Positions 1 to 8,632 of a stretch of DNA of 64,000 nt are shown in pieces. Below the pieces are notes generated by a model, which had not been told where the DNA came from, made no database searches, and saw only the letters and a list, made by a program, of their open reading frames with translations. Numbering within the stretch: position 1 is the stretch's first letter; each line of letters starts with the position of its first letter. Both the position numbers and the translations under genes were made by a program. This DNA comes from Candidatus Latescibacterota bacterium (lineage in GTDB: Bacteria; Latescibacterota; UBA2968; UBA8231), in assembly GCA_965248355.1 (NCBI GenBank), contig OZ252098.1, forward strand, positions 512,001 through 576,000, written 5' to 3'.

Positions 1-1
1 G

Positions 2-877
2 TGGACCCGTACCGGGGGGAGCGCCGACTTTCTGGTCGACGTTGGCGCCGGCGACCTGAGTGCCGCCGTGGTCGGCTTGCCCCGGTTCGAGGCGGTGGAG
101 CTGACGAGCCTGAAGGAGCCGGAGCGGCGGATCGACATGGAGGCCGAGTTCCTCGACCTGACGGCCCTCAATACGGGCCGCTACCGGGGCATGGTGATCC
201 AGGATCCAACGGACAAGCAGAACATCACCGGCTTCGTCTACCTGGCCCTGGCCTGGGGGAGCATCCTGGAGCCGTCCCAGAAACGTTCGATCAACCAGCT
301 CGTGCGGGCCATCAACAACTACACGCGGATCGAGGCCCAGGAATACGATCAGATGTTCCTCGACTCGCAGGCGCTGTTCAAGGCGCCCTTCGTCTACATC
401 GCGGCGAACCGGTCCTTCGAGCTGACCGAGCACGAGTCCCGGAATCTGGCCCGCTATCTGCGCAGCGGCGGATTCGTCGTGGCCGACAACGGCCGGCCGG
501 ACCTGGAATTCGGCCCCGCCGAGGCCAGCCTGCGGCAGATGTTCCGCGAGGCCCTGGGCCGGGACGCCCGGTTCGTGCCTCTGCAGAACGACCACCCCAT
601 CTACCACGTGTTCTTCGACTTCGACGACGGCCCTCCGCCGGGGGGCGAGGTCTCGAACCGGAATTATCGCCGAACGGTGTATTTCCTGGAGGGGATCTTC
701 CTCGGCGACCGGCTGGTGGCCATCTACTCGGACAAGGGCTACGGCATCTTCTGGGAAAGGGAAACGCAGAACGAGCCCCACTTGAAGATGGGGGTGAACA
801 TGGTGGTCTTCGCCCTGACGCAGAAGGGCTCCATCGCGCAGCAGCAGATCGACTTCTACAACCAGCACAGCCAATGA
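2..877 (+). CDS. DUF4159 domain protein (5' truncated by window edge)
   Basis: Frame is open from base 2. Motifs PFVYI..F.LTE.E...LARYLRSGGFVVADN, DHPIY..FFD and LEGI..GDRLVAIYSD.GYG..W match DUF4159. Close paralog of 51906-53162 (shared EFLDL.AL.TG.YRGMVIQDPTD and GSIAQQQIDFY). Confidence 0.75.
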   Translation, partial: WTRTGGSADFLVDVGAGDLSAAVVGLPRFEAVELTSLKEPERRIDMEAEFLDLTALNTGRYRGMVIQDPTDKQNITGFVYLALAWGSILEPSQKRSINQLVRAINNYTRIEAQEYDQMFLDSQALFKAPFVYIAANRSFELTEHESRNLARYLRSGGFVVADNGRPDLEFGPAEASLRQMFREALGRDARFVPLQNDHPIYHVFFDFDDGPPPGGEVSNRNYRRTVYFLEGIFLGDRLVAIYSDKGYGIFWERETQNEPHLKMGVNMVVFALTQKGSIAQQQIDFYNQHSQ

Positions 878-893
878 GACCAGGCTGGATCCC

Positions 894-2192
894 ATGGGCC
901 CGGACAGACAAGGAATGAACCACATGGGGCAAGGCAGTCAGGAACGAAGCACGAGGGGCCGTCGAGGTCATTGGCGGGGGCGGGGCGCGCTTGGCCTCGC
1001 CTTGATGGTATCCCTGCTCACCGTCCACTGCAGCTTCCTGCGCGAGGCGATCTACCCCGAACGCTACGACCGGGTGGTCTCCCTGCTCCCGGGGGAGCAG
1101 GGAGAGCAGGGCATCACGGTCGGCGAGGGCGGACTGGTCTCCTACGAGATCGAAGGGCTGAGAATCGCCGTCGAGCACATGACCGATCACGAGCTCAACT
1201 CCATCTTCCCGAACGAGTCCAACAAGGGGCAGTACTCGATCAACCCCTACACGTACGGAGATTACGTGGACCCGACCCTGGGATACGTTCGGACCCGCTT
1301 TGCCGTGTTCCGGGTCACCGTCACCAACCAGGACTTCGCCAAGGTGGCCTTGCAGCCCCTGCAATTGCTGCTGACCACGAACCGCCCCGGCGAGGTCCTC
1401 AGGGCCTACGGGGTGCTCGCCGGTTCGGCCCCCCGCAACTTCGAGTCCTACTACCGCGCGCTGAAGGGACCCAGCGGCAACGAGGACTACCGGTTCAACA
1501 TGCGCATGGGCCTGGTGCGCACGAACAACTATGCCGTGGACGAGGAGATCTTCAAGGGCGAGCAGTACTCCGGGTTTCTCGTCTTCGATCCCCTGGAGGA
1601 CGCGGTGACCGATGTGCAACTGCATCTGAAGGACTTCATCCTGAAGTTCAACGCTTTCGGCAAGCCCCTGGAGACGACGGACGTCTCCTTCACCTTCCGT
1701 CGGACCGTGGAGCAGCAGATCCTCGATTTCGCGCGCGCCGAGGAATGGGAGTTCTCGGAAGCCCGACTGGCGGCGGCCAGCCAGGTCGTGGGCAACGCCA
1801 CGGGGGATATCACGCGGGACGTGACCGCCATCGACGCCTTCGCCCGCACCCGGCTGGAGGAAGTGAATGACTGCTTCGAGGGCCCCTTCATGGAAGGCAA
1901 GGCTTCGGAGGGGAAAGTGACGGCCCAGTTCGTCGTCCTGGCCAGCGGCATGGTGGAATCGGCCCAGATCCTGGAAGCCACGGTCGTCAGCGACGAGGTG
2001 AGCCGTTGCGTGGAGGAGAGAGTTCGGTCCTGGCGGCTGCAGCCTTCCACCGGCGTGGCCCCGGTGGCGGCCGAATCTCAGGAACAGGAACCGTCCGACG
2101 CGGCCATGGCCCCGGTTCCGGTCCGCGGGCCCACCTCGGCGCGGGTGACGGCAAGGGTCTACTTCGAGTTCCAGGACGTGCGGCCGGAGTAG
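894..2192 (+). CDS. Probable lipoprotein/exported protein with C-terminal TonB_C-like (AgmX/PglI C-terminal type) domain
   Basis: Hydrophobic N-terminal segment ending in Cys. N-domain is paralogous to 60659-61453. C-terminal CFE...EGKVTAQFVVLASGMVESAQI...V.RCV...VRSWRL resembles AgmX/GltJ-type TonB C-terminal domains. Start may be 915. Confidence 0.6.
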   Translation: MGPDRQGMNHMGQGSQERSTRGRRGHWRGRGALGLALMVSLLTVHCSFLREAIYPERYDRVVSLLPGEQGEQGITVGEGGLVSYEIEGLRIAVEHMTDHELNSIFPNESNKGQYSINPYTYGDYVDPTLGYVRTRFAVFRVTVTNQDFAKVALQPLQLLLTTNRPGEVLRAYGVLAGSAPRNFESYYRALKGPSGNEDYRFNMRMGLVRTNNYAVDEEIFKGEQYSGFLVFDPLEDAVTDVQLHLKDFILKFNAFGKPLETTDVSFTFRRTVEQQILDFARAEEWEFSEARLAAASQVVGNATGDITRDVTAIDAFARTRLEEVNDCFEGPFMEGKASEGKVTAQFVVLASGMVESAQILEATVVSDEVSRCVEERVRSWRLQPSTGVAPVAAESQEQEPSDAAMAPVPVRGPTSARVTARVYFEFQDVRPE

Positions 2193-2222
2193 CCCGGGCG
2201 AGCCCCGCCCCCGCCGCCGGGG

Positions 2223-5009
2223 TCAGCGGTCGAGGCCGCGCAGCATCCCCACTACTTCACGGTCCCCCGGGTCCAGTTCCAGGGCCCGTTCCAGCGCGCG
2301 CCGTGCCTCGGCGGGCCGCCGAAGGGCCAGCAAGGCCCGGCCGAGATTGGCGTGCACCAGGGCGACGTCGTCACGCAGTGCCAAGGCGCGCTGGAAGGCC
2401 TTCAGGGCGTCGCCGGGCCGACCCAGTTGCAGCCTCGTCATGCCCAGGTCATTCCAGGCGCGGGGGTCATCGGGCAGCTGCGTCGTTGCCCGGAGCAGGG
2501 CCTTCTCGGCCCTGGCCATCTCACCGTAGCGCAGGAGCACCAGAGCCAGTCCGTACCAGGCGGGTCCGTGGGAACCGTCGAGGGCGAGGGCCTCCCCAAA
2601 AGCGGCGCCAGCCGCCGGCAGGTCACCTCGCGCCAGCAGCAGGTTGCCCAGCCGAGTGCGCGAGAATACGTCCGACGGGTCTCGCAGGCTCCGCTGGCGC
2701 AAGACCTCCAACTCCCTGTCCAGTTCGCCCAGTCGAACATGCCGGGCGGCAAGCCGGCGCGCCTCGGAGGTGCGCCCAAGCCGGTCGTAGACCTGGGCCA
2801 GGATCAGGTGGGGCCGGGGCTGCCCAGGTCCCAGGCGCACCGCTTTCTCCAGGGCCTGCCCGGCGCCGGCCAGGTCGTTCTCTCGCAGGCGGGCGACGCC
2901 GACCCACGTGAAGGCCTCGAAGGAGCGCGGCGACAGCTCCGCGGCGCGGTTGAAAGCCGAGGCCGCCTCCGAGGTCCTGTCCAGGCTCAGGTGCACCTTG
3001 CCGAGCAGCAGGTGCACATCGGCGCGCCCCGGCGCCGCCTGCGCCACTGCCGACAGCAGACCAGCGGCCTCGTGGGCGCGGCCGAGTCCGGCGTAGAGCA
3101 CGACGGCCAGGTTCACTCGGGCCTGCAGGCTGTCCGGGGCCATCTCTATCGCGCGGCGCAGGTAGGCTTCGGCTTGATCATAACTGCCCTCCCGGTACAG
3201 GGCCTTGCCGCGGGCGACCAGTTCGGCGGCCGGCCGTTGCCGGTGTTGGGGACGCACGTCCACGGTCGCCGCCGGCCGCCGCCGAGGCGCTGCCGGCAGT
3301 CGAACGGCCGGGGCCGGCACGGGGGGGCCGGCCACCGCCGCGGCCCCCTCGCGAAGGGTGTGGTAGCGACGGGTTTCCAGACTTCCCAGTCTCTGCTGCC
3401 GGCCGGAGGGATAGCGCACGCGCAGACTGTCGACCCCCGCCGCCGCGCCCAGTCCGAAGAGCAGTCGAGAATCGTGGCTGGACTGGAAGCCGTGGCCGGC
3501 ACGGATCTCCGCGATCTGCCGCACGCCATCGGAGAACACCTCCACACGGGCGCCCACGGCCACGGTTCCGGCCGCGTCGAGGACGCGCAGACCGACCCAC
3601 GAGTGGCGGTTGCCGCCGTCGTTGAGCAACAGCGTGGGCCGCTCGTTCAAGTCGACGAACAACAGGTCGGCGTCGCCGTCGTCGTCGAGATCGCCCACCG
3701 CTGCCGCCCGCCCGACGGCCCGGCGATCCCATCCTGGACCGCCGTCGACGGCGGTGAAGCGGCCCTTCCGGTTCCGGTACAACAGGTTGGCCTGGGGATA
3801 GCTGAGACCGCCCTCGTGTGCCGCCAACTGGGGATAGAGGTGACCGTTGGAGACGAACAGGTCGAGCCAGCCATCGTTGTCGAAGTCCACGAAGGCGGTG
3901 GACCATCCAAGGAGGGGCCGGGAGTCCATCACCAGGCCCGAGGCCGCGGACGCGTCCGTGAAGCGGCCTCTCCCGTCGTTCCGGTAGAGCGTGTTGTAGT
4001 CGTCGGCGAAGTTGGTGACGAACAGGTCCAGGTCTCCGTCGCGGTCGAAATCGCCGGCGTCGACGCCCATGCCCGCCTGGGGCTGGCCGTCCTCCGTAAA
4101 GGCGGCCCCGGCCAGGGCCCCGACCTCCGTGAGGCGCCAGTCGCCATCGTTGCGGTACAAGGTGTTCGGATCGGAGTCGTTGGCCACGTAGAGGTCCTGG
4201 TCTCCGTCCCCGTCGAGGTCGGCGAAGAGCACGCCGAGACCCGCCCGCCGCAAGCCCGCGACGCCGGTGGCCAGGCTCACGTCCTGGAAGCGGCCGTCCC
4301 CGAGGTTCCGATAGAGCCGGTCGGCCTGCCGCTCCACGTCGAGGGGGCCGCAGAAGACATCGAGTCCGCGGTATGAGCACGGTTCGCCCTCTCCCGGGGG
4401 ATGGGCCGGATCGAACTCGAGGTATTTGGTCAGGTAGAGGTCGAGGAGGCCATCGGCGTCCAGGTCGCCGAAGGCGGCGCTCGAGCCCCAGCCGTCGTCG
4501 TCGACCGAGGCCGACTCCGCGATGCCGGTGAAGGTGCCGTCGCCACGGTTCCGGTACAGCTCGTTGCGGCCCCAGCGCGTCACGTAGAGGTCCGGGTCGG
4601 CGTCGGCGTCGATGTCGGCCACGGCTACTCCCATGCCCCAGCCGACCCCCTCGAGGCCCGCCTTCCCGGTGACATCGGAATACCGCGGGACTCCGTCAGC
4701 TCCCTTGTCCGCCTGTCGGAAGAGCCGGTCGCCGGCCGTGGGCGGGGGCCCCTGGAAGCGGGTCCCGCCCACGAGGAAGAGGTCCAGCGCTCCGTCGCCG
4801 TCGGCGTCGAGGATTCCGGCGCCGGCGGACATGGTCTCCACGATCCAGCGCTGCTCCGGAGAGCCGGAGACATTGCGATGGCGATCCAGGCCGGCAGCCT
4901 CGGTCATGTCGAGAAACCGGAACCCCTGGGCGGCACCTCGATCGGGTGGCTCGTCCGCGCCGCAGGCCCAGAGAGCGCACAGGGTCAGGCACGTGAGCCC
5001 CCGGATCAA
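2223..5009 (-). CDS. CRTAC1-family lipoprotein: FG-GAP/VCBS repeats + ASPIC/UnbV domain + C-terminal TPR repeats
   Basis: Repeated D.D.DG..DL[FY]V motifs, GARVEV...EIRAG.GFQS...LFGLG (ASPIC/UnbV), then TPR helices. TTG start at 5009 overlaps the upstream TGA. Lipobox LWAC. Confidence 0.85.
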   Translation of the reverse strand: MIRGLTCLTLCALWACGADEPPDRGAAQGFRFLDMTEAAGLDRHRNVSGSPEQRWIVETMSAGAGILDADGDGALDLFLVGGTRFQGPPPTAGDRLFRQADKGADGVPRYSDVTGKAGLEGVGWGMGVAVADIDADADPDLYVTRWGRNELYRNRGDGTFTGIAESASVDDDGWGSSAAFGDLDADGLLDLYLTKYLEFDPAHPPGEGEPCSYRGLDVFCGPLDVERQADRLYRNLGDGRFQDVSLATGVAGLRRAGLGVLFADLDGDGDQDLYVANDSDPNTLYRNDGDWRLTEVGALAGAAFTEDGQPQAGMGVDAGDFDRDGDLDLFVTNFADDYNTLYRNDGRGRFTDASAASGLVMDSRPLLGWSTAFVDFDNDGWLDLFVSNGHLYPQLAAHEGGLSYPQANLLYRNRKGRFTAVDGGPGWDRRAVGRAAAVGDLDDDGDADLLFVDLNERPTLLLNDGGNRHSWVGLRVLDAAGTVAVGARVEVFSDGVRQIAEIRAGHGFQSSHDSRLLFGLGAAAGVDSLRVRYPSGRQQRLGSLETRRYHTLREGAAAVAGPPVPAPAVRLPAAPRRRPAATVDVRPQHRQRPAAELVARGKALYREGSYDQAEAYLRRAIEMAPDSLQARVNLAVVLYAGLGRAHEAAGLLSAVAQAAPGRADVHLLLGKVHLSLDRTSEAASAFNRAAELSPRSFEAFTWVGVARLRENDLAGAGQALEKAVRLGPGQPRPHLILAQVYDRLGRTSEARRLAARHVRLGELDRELEVLRQRSLRDPSDVFSRTRLGNLLLARGDLPAAGAAFGEALALDGSHGPAWYGLALVLLRYGEMARAEKALLRATTQLPDDPRAWNDLGMTRLQLGRPGDALKAFQRALALRDDVALVHANLGRALLALRRPAEARRALERALELDPGDREVVGMLRGLDR

Positions 5010-6760
5010 GGGTGCTCCACCACCATCTCGCCGCTTTCGAGAACCCGCCGCACCTCGGCGTACCCCGCGGGGGCGGCCTCTCCCCGTCGGAGGTAGATGA
5101 AGTCGAAGGCCGTGCCGGATCTCAGCAACTCGGCCGCCTGCGTGGCCGCCGAGGCCAACACCTGGCCGTAGGTAGCCCCTTGGCCGTTCTCGTCGGTCAT
5201 CTCCATCTCGCGACTCCACCACATTCGGCCCTGCTGGAAAGTCTCGCCGTGGTAGCTGTAGCGCTTCAGCTGGTAGTGATCACACAGGTACCCCCAGGGC
5301 AGGGCGATGGCCACCCCCGCCGAAGCCACGAGATCGGCCTGGCTCCGGCGGGGGTGGGCGGCTTGGTAGCGGCGCAGGGCTCGGGCGTGGAGGAGCTGCT
5401 CCTCGAAGGGCACGTGGTGGGCGTGATCGCTCGTCCAGAACCAGAAGTACGTCGCCCCCTGCTCGTAGGCGATGGGGAAGAGGAGCTCGGCGGCCTTCGG
5501 GTCCATCTGACCGTAGATGGCGGCTCCCCAGCGGGCGCCGAAACGGCGCGCGGCTCCCCTGAAGAAGGCTTGGTGATATCGAATCGTGGCCTCGGCATCG
5601 TCTGGGAAGTCGACGCCGAGCTCATCGCGCATCAGCCGGGCGAACCAGGCCGGCTGGTAGCGTCCTTCCATGCACCAGCCCGCCGCACCTGCCTCCATCT
5701 CGTACCAGCAGGCGCTGGCCACGGTCTCCCATACCGGGTAGTCGGGCTGCAGGATCTCCATGTCGCCCAGGTCCCAGCCGTCACGGGCGAGCAGGCGCTG
5801 CAGATGACCTCGGCCGTAGCCGCCGTCGCCGTGGTAACGCCCCCGGGTGAGCTCGACGACGACTTCCGCGGCTTTCGCCGGATCGCGGAAGTGGCGGAAC
5901 ATGCCGTCGAAGGCCATGGCGCGGATGGCGGGCTCGTCCATGTACATGACCGCCCCGAAGAAGTTGGGCCGGAACAGAAGGTCGGGACGGGCCCCGAACC
6001 CGCTGCGCACCAGGAACCAGACCGGTTCCTTCAGCACCCAGTCGAGGTGTTCTCCCGGGACCCGGAAGATGTTGAACCCGGCCTCGATCATGGCCGCGTA
6101 ATCGTCCGCATCGAGCTCGACGTACTCGTAGTCGGGCCCGTCCCGGCTCCACTCCGGCGAGGGTTCGTACAGCCGGCCGGAGCCATCGTCCCGGAAGGAG
6201 CGGCTCGTGCCGATCAGGACCTGCGAGTCAAGGGCGAGGCGCAGGGCGCTGGTGAGGTCGACCTGCGAGGCCCCGGTGCCGGTGGCAACGCGGTGCAGCG
6301 GCTTCCCGAGCCAGGTCCCGTGCTCGAACAGGGGCAGGCCGGGATCGTCGACCGAGGAGGCTCGCGGAGTCAGGTGGGTGAAGAAGCCGACCTTCGGCAA
6401 CAGGGCCTCGCCGTTGGCGGCGTCGACGTACTCGAAGAGCGCCCCGTCGGCATCCGTCAGCAGGTAGCGATGCACGGGGACGGATGGAGCACCCGCGTGG
6501 AGGAAGTCGAGGCCGCCGGCGAGCAAGTCGATGGAGCAGAGGAGGCGCTCGTCGGAGAAGACGCCCAGCCGCCACCAGAAGGCCGTATCGGCCGCGGCGG
6601 TCTCACGCCCGGGCAGAGAGAGGACCAGGTGGGTGACTCCGGGGATCGGCGATCCTTCGCTGAACTCGTAGCGCGCCCAGCGGCCGTCGGGGGTGTCCGG
6701 TCCGGAGTGGCAGGAGAGCATGGGAAGGGCGAGACCGGCGATCAGGATGCGCCGAGACAT
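5006..6760 (-). CDS. Hypothetical lipoprotein, possibly with a glycoside-hydrolase-like TIM barrel
   Basis: Signal MSRRILIAGLALPMLSC. Aromatic-rich body with AGFNIF and YMDEP motifs. Coding-like codon bias. Function call is weak. Confidence 0.6.
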   Translation of the reverse strand: MSRRILIAGLALPMLSCHSGPDTPDGRWARYEFSEGSPIPGVTHLVLSLPGRETAAADTAFWWRLGVFSDERLLCSIDLLAGGLDFLHAGAPSVPVHRYLLTDADGALFEYVDAANGEALLPKVGFFTHLTPRASSVDDPGLPLFEHGTWLGKPLHRVATGTGASQVDLTSALRLALDSQVLIGTSRSFRDDGSGRLYEPSPEWSRDGPDYEYVELDADDYAAMIEAGFNIFRVPGEHLDWVLKEPVWFLVRSGFGARPDLLFRPNFFGAVMYMDEPAIRAMAFDGMFRHFRDPAKAAEVVVELTRGRYHGDGGYGRGHLQRLLARDGWDLGDMEILQPDYPVWETVASACWYEMEAGAAGWCMEGRYQPAWFARLMRDELGVDFPDDAEATIRYHQAFFRGAARRFGARWGAAIYGQMDPKAAELLFPIAYEQGATYFWFWTSDHAHHVPFEEQLLHARALRRYQAAHPRRSQADLVASAGVAIALPWGYLCDHYQLKRYSYHGETFQQGRMWWSREMEMTDENGQGATYGQVLASAATQAAELLRSGTAFDFIYLRRGEAAPAGYAEVRRVLESGEMVVEHP

Positions 6761-6766
6761 GTCCCG

Positions 6767-6775
6767 AATATAGCA
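6767..6775 (-). promoter_or_regulatory. Extended -10 promoter (TGcTATATT), probably giving a leaderless mRNA
   Basis: Minus strand reads TGCTATATT-cgggac-ATG(6760). No Shine-Dalgarno is present. Confidence 0.5.
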
Positions 6776-6873
6776 ACGGAGTCGCGGAGGGCGGGACGGG
6801 GCGGTGTCACCAATGGGCGCCCGGCGTCTTGCCATCCTCCCCTTCCCCCACCGAAGTTTCCCTGCCGAGTCGA

Positions 6874-8598
6874 ATGCGGGAAGGAAGAGGTCATCTGTCG
6901 AGGCCGGTCACGGCCCACGGGCTCGCCGCGGCGGCCGTGCTGCTGGCCGGCTGCACCCGGGAGGAGACCCCGGACCCTTCCCCCCCAGCGTCCGCATCGA
7001 CTAAGGGGGTGTGGTTCACCGATGTCGCCGCCCCTGCCGGGCTCACCGCCCGGAACGTCTCCGGCAGCCCTTCCAAGCGCTACCTGATCGAGGCCAAGGG
7101 CGGGGGGGCGGCGTTCCTCGATGCCGATGGCGACAGCGACCTCGACATCTACCTGCTCAGCGGATCCACCTGGGGCCCACCCGATCCGCAAGCGCACAAC
7201 CGGCTCTACCGCAACGATGGCCCTCGGCCCTTTGTCGACGTCACCGCGAGTTCCGGACTCGGGGACACTTCGTGGAGCATGGGCGTAGCCGTTGCCGACT
7301 TCGACAACGATGGTGACGCCGACGTCTATGTCACCAATTACGGCGCCAACCACCTCTTCGAGAACGATGGCGCCGGCCGCTTTTCCGATGTCACCGCCGT
7401 CGCCGGGGTGGGGGATACACTCTGGGGTACCGGCGCCGCGTGGGGCGACTACGACCGCGACGGGGACCTCGATCTGTACGCTGCCAACTTCGTCCGGTTC
7501 CAGCGGGATCTGAGACCGCGGGCCATGGAGTACTGCCAATGGAAGGGCGTCGAGGTGTTCTACGGTCCCGAGGCCTACTCCGGGGCACCGGACGTCCTCT
7601 ACCGGAACGATGGCGGCGGCACCTTCCGCGACGTGAGCCAGGCGGCCGGGGTGCGCGTGCCCACGCCATACAAGGGATTTCAGCCCGTCTTCGCGGACCT
7701 CGACGACGACGGCTGGCCGGATATCTACGTCGCCGACGACACGACGCCGAACCTGTTCTTTCGGAACCTGGGCGACGGCACGTTCCGCGACCTGTCCATC
7801 CCTTCCGGGACCAGTCACAGCGTCAACGGTGACGTGCAGGCGGGGATGGGCGTCGACCTGGGGGACTACGACGGCGACGGGGACCTGGACCTCTTCGTCA
7901 CGCACTTCTCCGATGACTACAACACCCTCTACCGCAACGAGGGCGGCGGCTACTTCGCCGATGTCACCTTCCGCGTGGGACTCGGTGCGCCGAGCATGCC
8001 CTGGGTCGGATGGGGCACCGCCTTCGCCGACCTCGACAACGACGCCGATCTCGATCTGTTCGTCGCCAACGGCCACGTCTATCCCGTCGTCGACGATTAC
8101 GACCTGGGCACCTCCTACGCGCAGCCGAACCTGGTCTTCGCCAACCAGGGCCACGGCGTCTTCGAGGATGCGAGCCCTCAGGCTGGGCCCGGACTGCGGG
8201 TGCGGAAGGTGAGCCGGGGCACGGCCTTCGGGGACTATGACGACGACGGGGATGTGGACATTCTGGTGTTGAATGCCGACGACACGCCCACCCTGCTGCG
8301 CAACGACGGCGCCGGCGGCCACTGGCTCGGGGTGCGTCTGCGGGGACGGCGCAGCAATCGCGACGGCATCGGCGCCAGGATCCGGGTCACCGCCGGGGGG
8401 CGCACCCAGATCCGGGAGGTTCGGGCCGGGTCCAGCTTCCTGTCGTCGAACGATCTGCGGGCCCACTTCGGACTCGGGGCGGCGACCTCGGTGGACAGGC
8501 TGGTGGTGAACTGGCCGAGCGGGTTGGAGCAGGTTCTGGAAGGCCTGCCCGTCGACCGCTACCTGCTGATCGACGAGGAGTTGGAGCTGGTGCGATAG
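6874..8598 (+). CDS. CRTAC1-family lipoprotein (FG-GAP repeats + ASPIC/UnbV)
   Basis: Lipobox LLAGC, multiple D.D.DGD.D.Y repeats, and NRDGIGARI...EVRAGSSFLS..DLRAHFGLG. Start codon uncertain. Confidence 0.85.
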   Translation: MREGRGHLSRPVTAHGLAAAAVLLAGCTREETPDPSPPASASTKGVWFTDVAAPAGLTARNVSGSPSKRYLIEAKGGGAAFLDADGDSDLDIYLLSGSTWGPPDPQAHNRLYRNDGPRPFVDVTASSGLGDTSWSMGVAVADFDNDGDADVYVTNYGANHLFENDGAGRFSDVTAVAGVGDTLWGTGAAWGDYDRDGDLDLYAANFVRFQRDLRPRAMEYCQWKGVEVFYGPEAYSGAPDVLYRNDGGGTFRDVSQAAGVRVPTPYKGFQPVFADLDDDGWPDIYVADDTTPNLFFRNLGDGTFRDLSIPSGTSHSVNGDVQAGMGVDLGDYDGDGDLDLFVTHFSDDYNTLYRNEGGGYFADVTFRVGLGAPSMPWVGWGTAFADLDNDADLDLFVANGHVYPVVDDYDLGTSYAQPNLVFANQGHGVFEDASPQAGPGLRVRKVSRGTAFGDYDDDGDVDILVLNADDTPTLLRNDGAGGHWLGVRLRGRRSNRDGIGARIRVTAGGRTQIREVRAGSSFLSSNDLRAHFGLGAATSVDRLVVNWPSGLEQVLEGLPVDRYLLIDEELELVR

Positions 8599-8632
8599 AA
8601 GACGGCCAGATCTCGGTTCGGCCGGGCATTCC

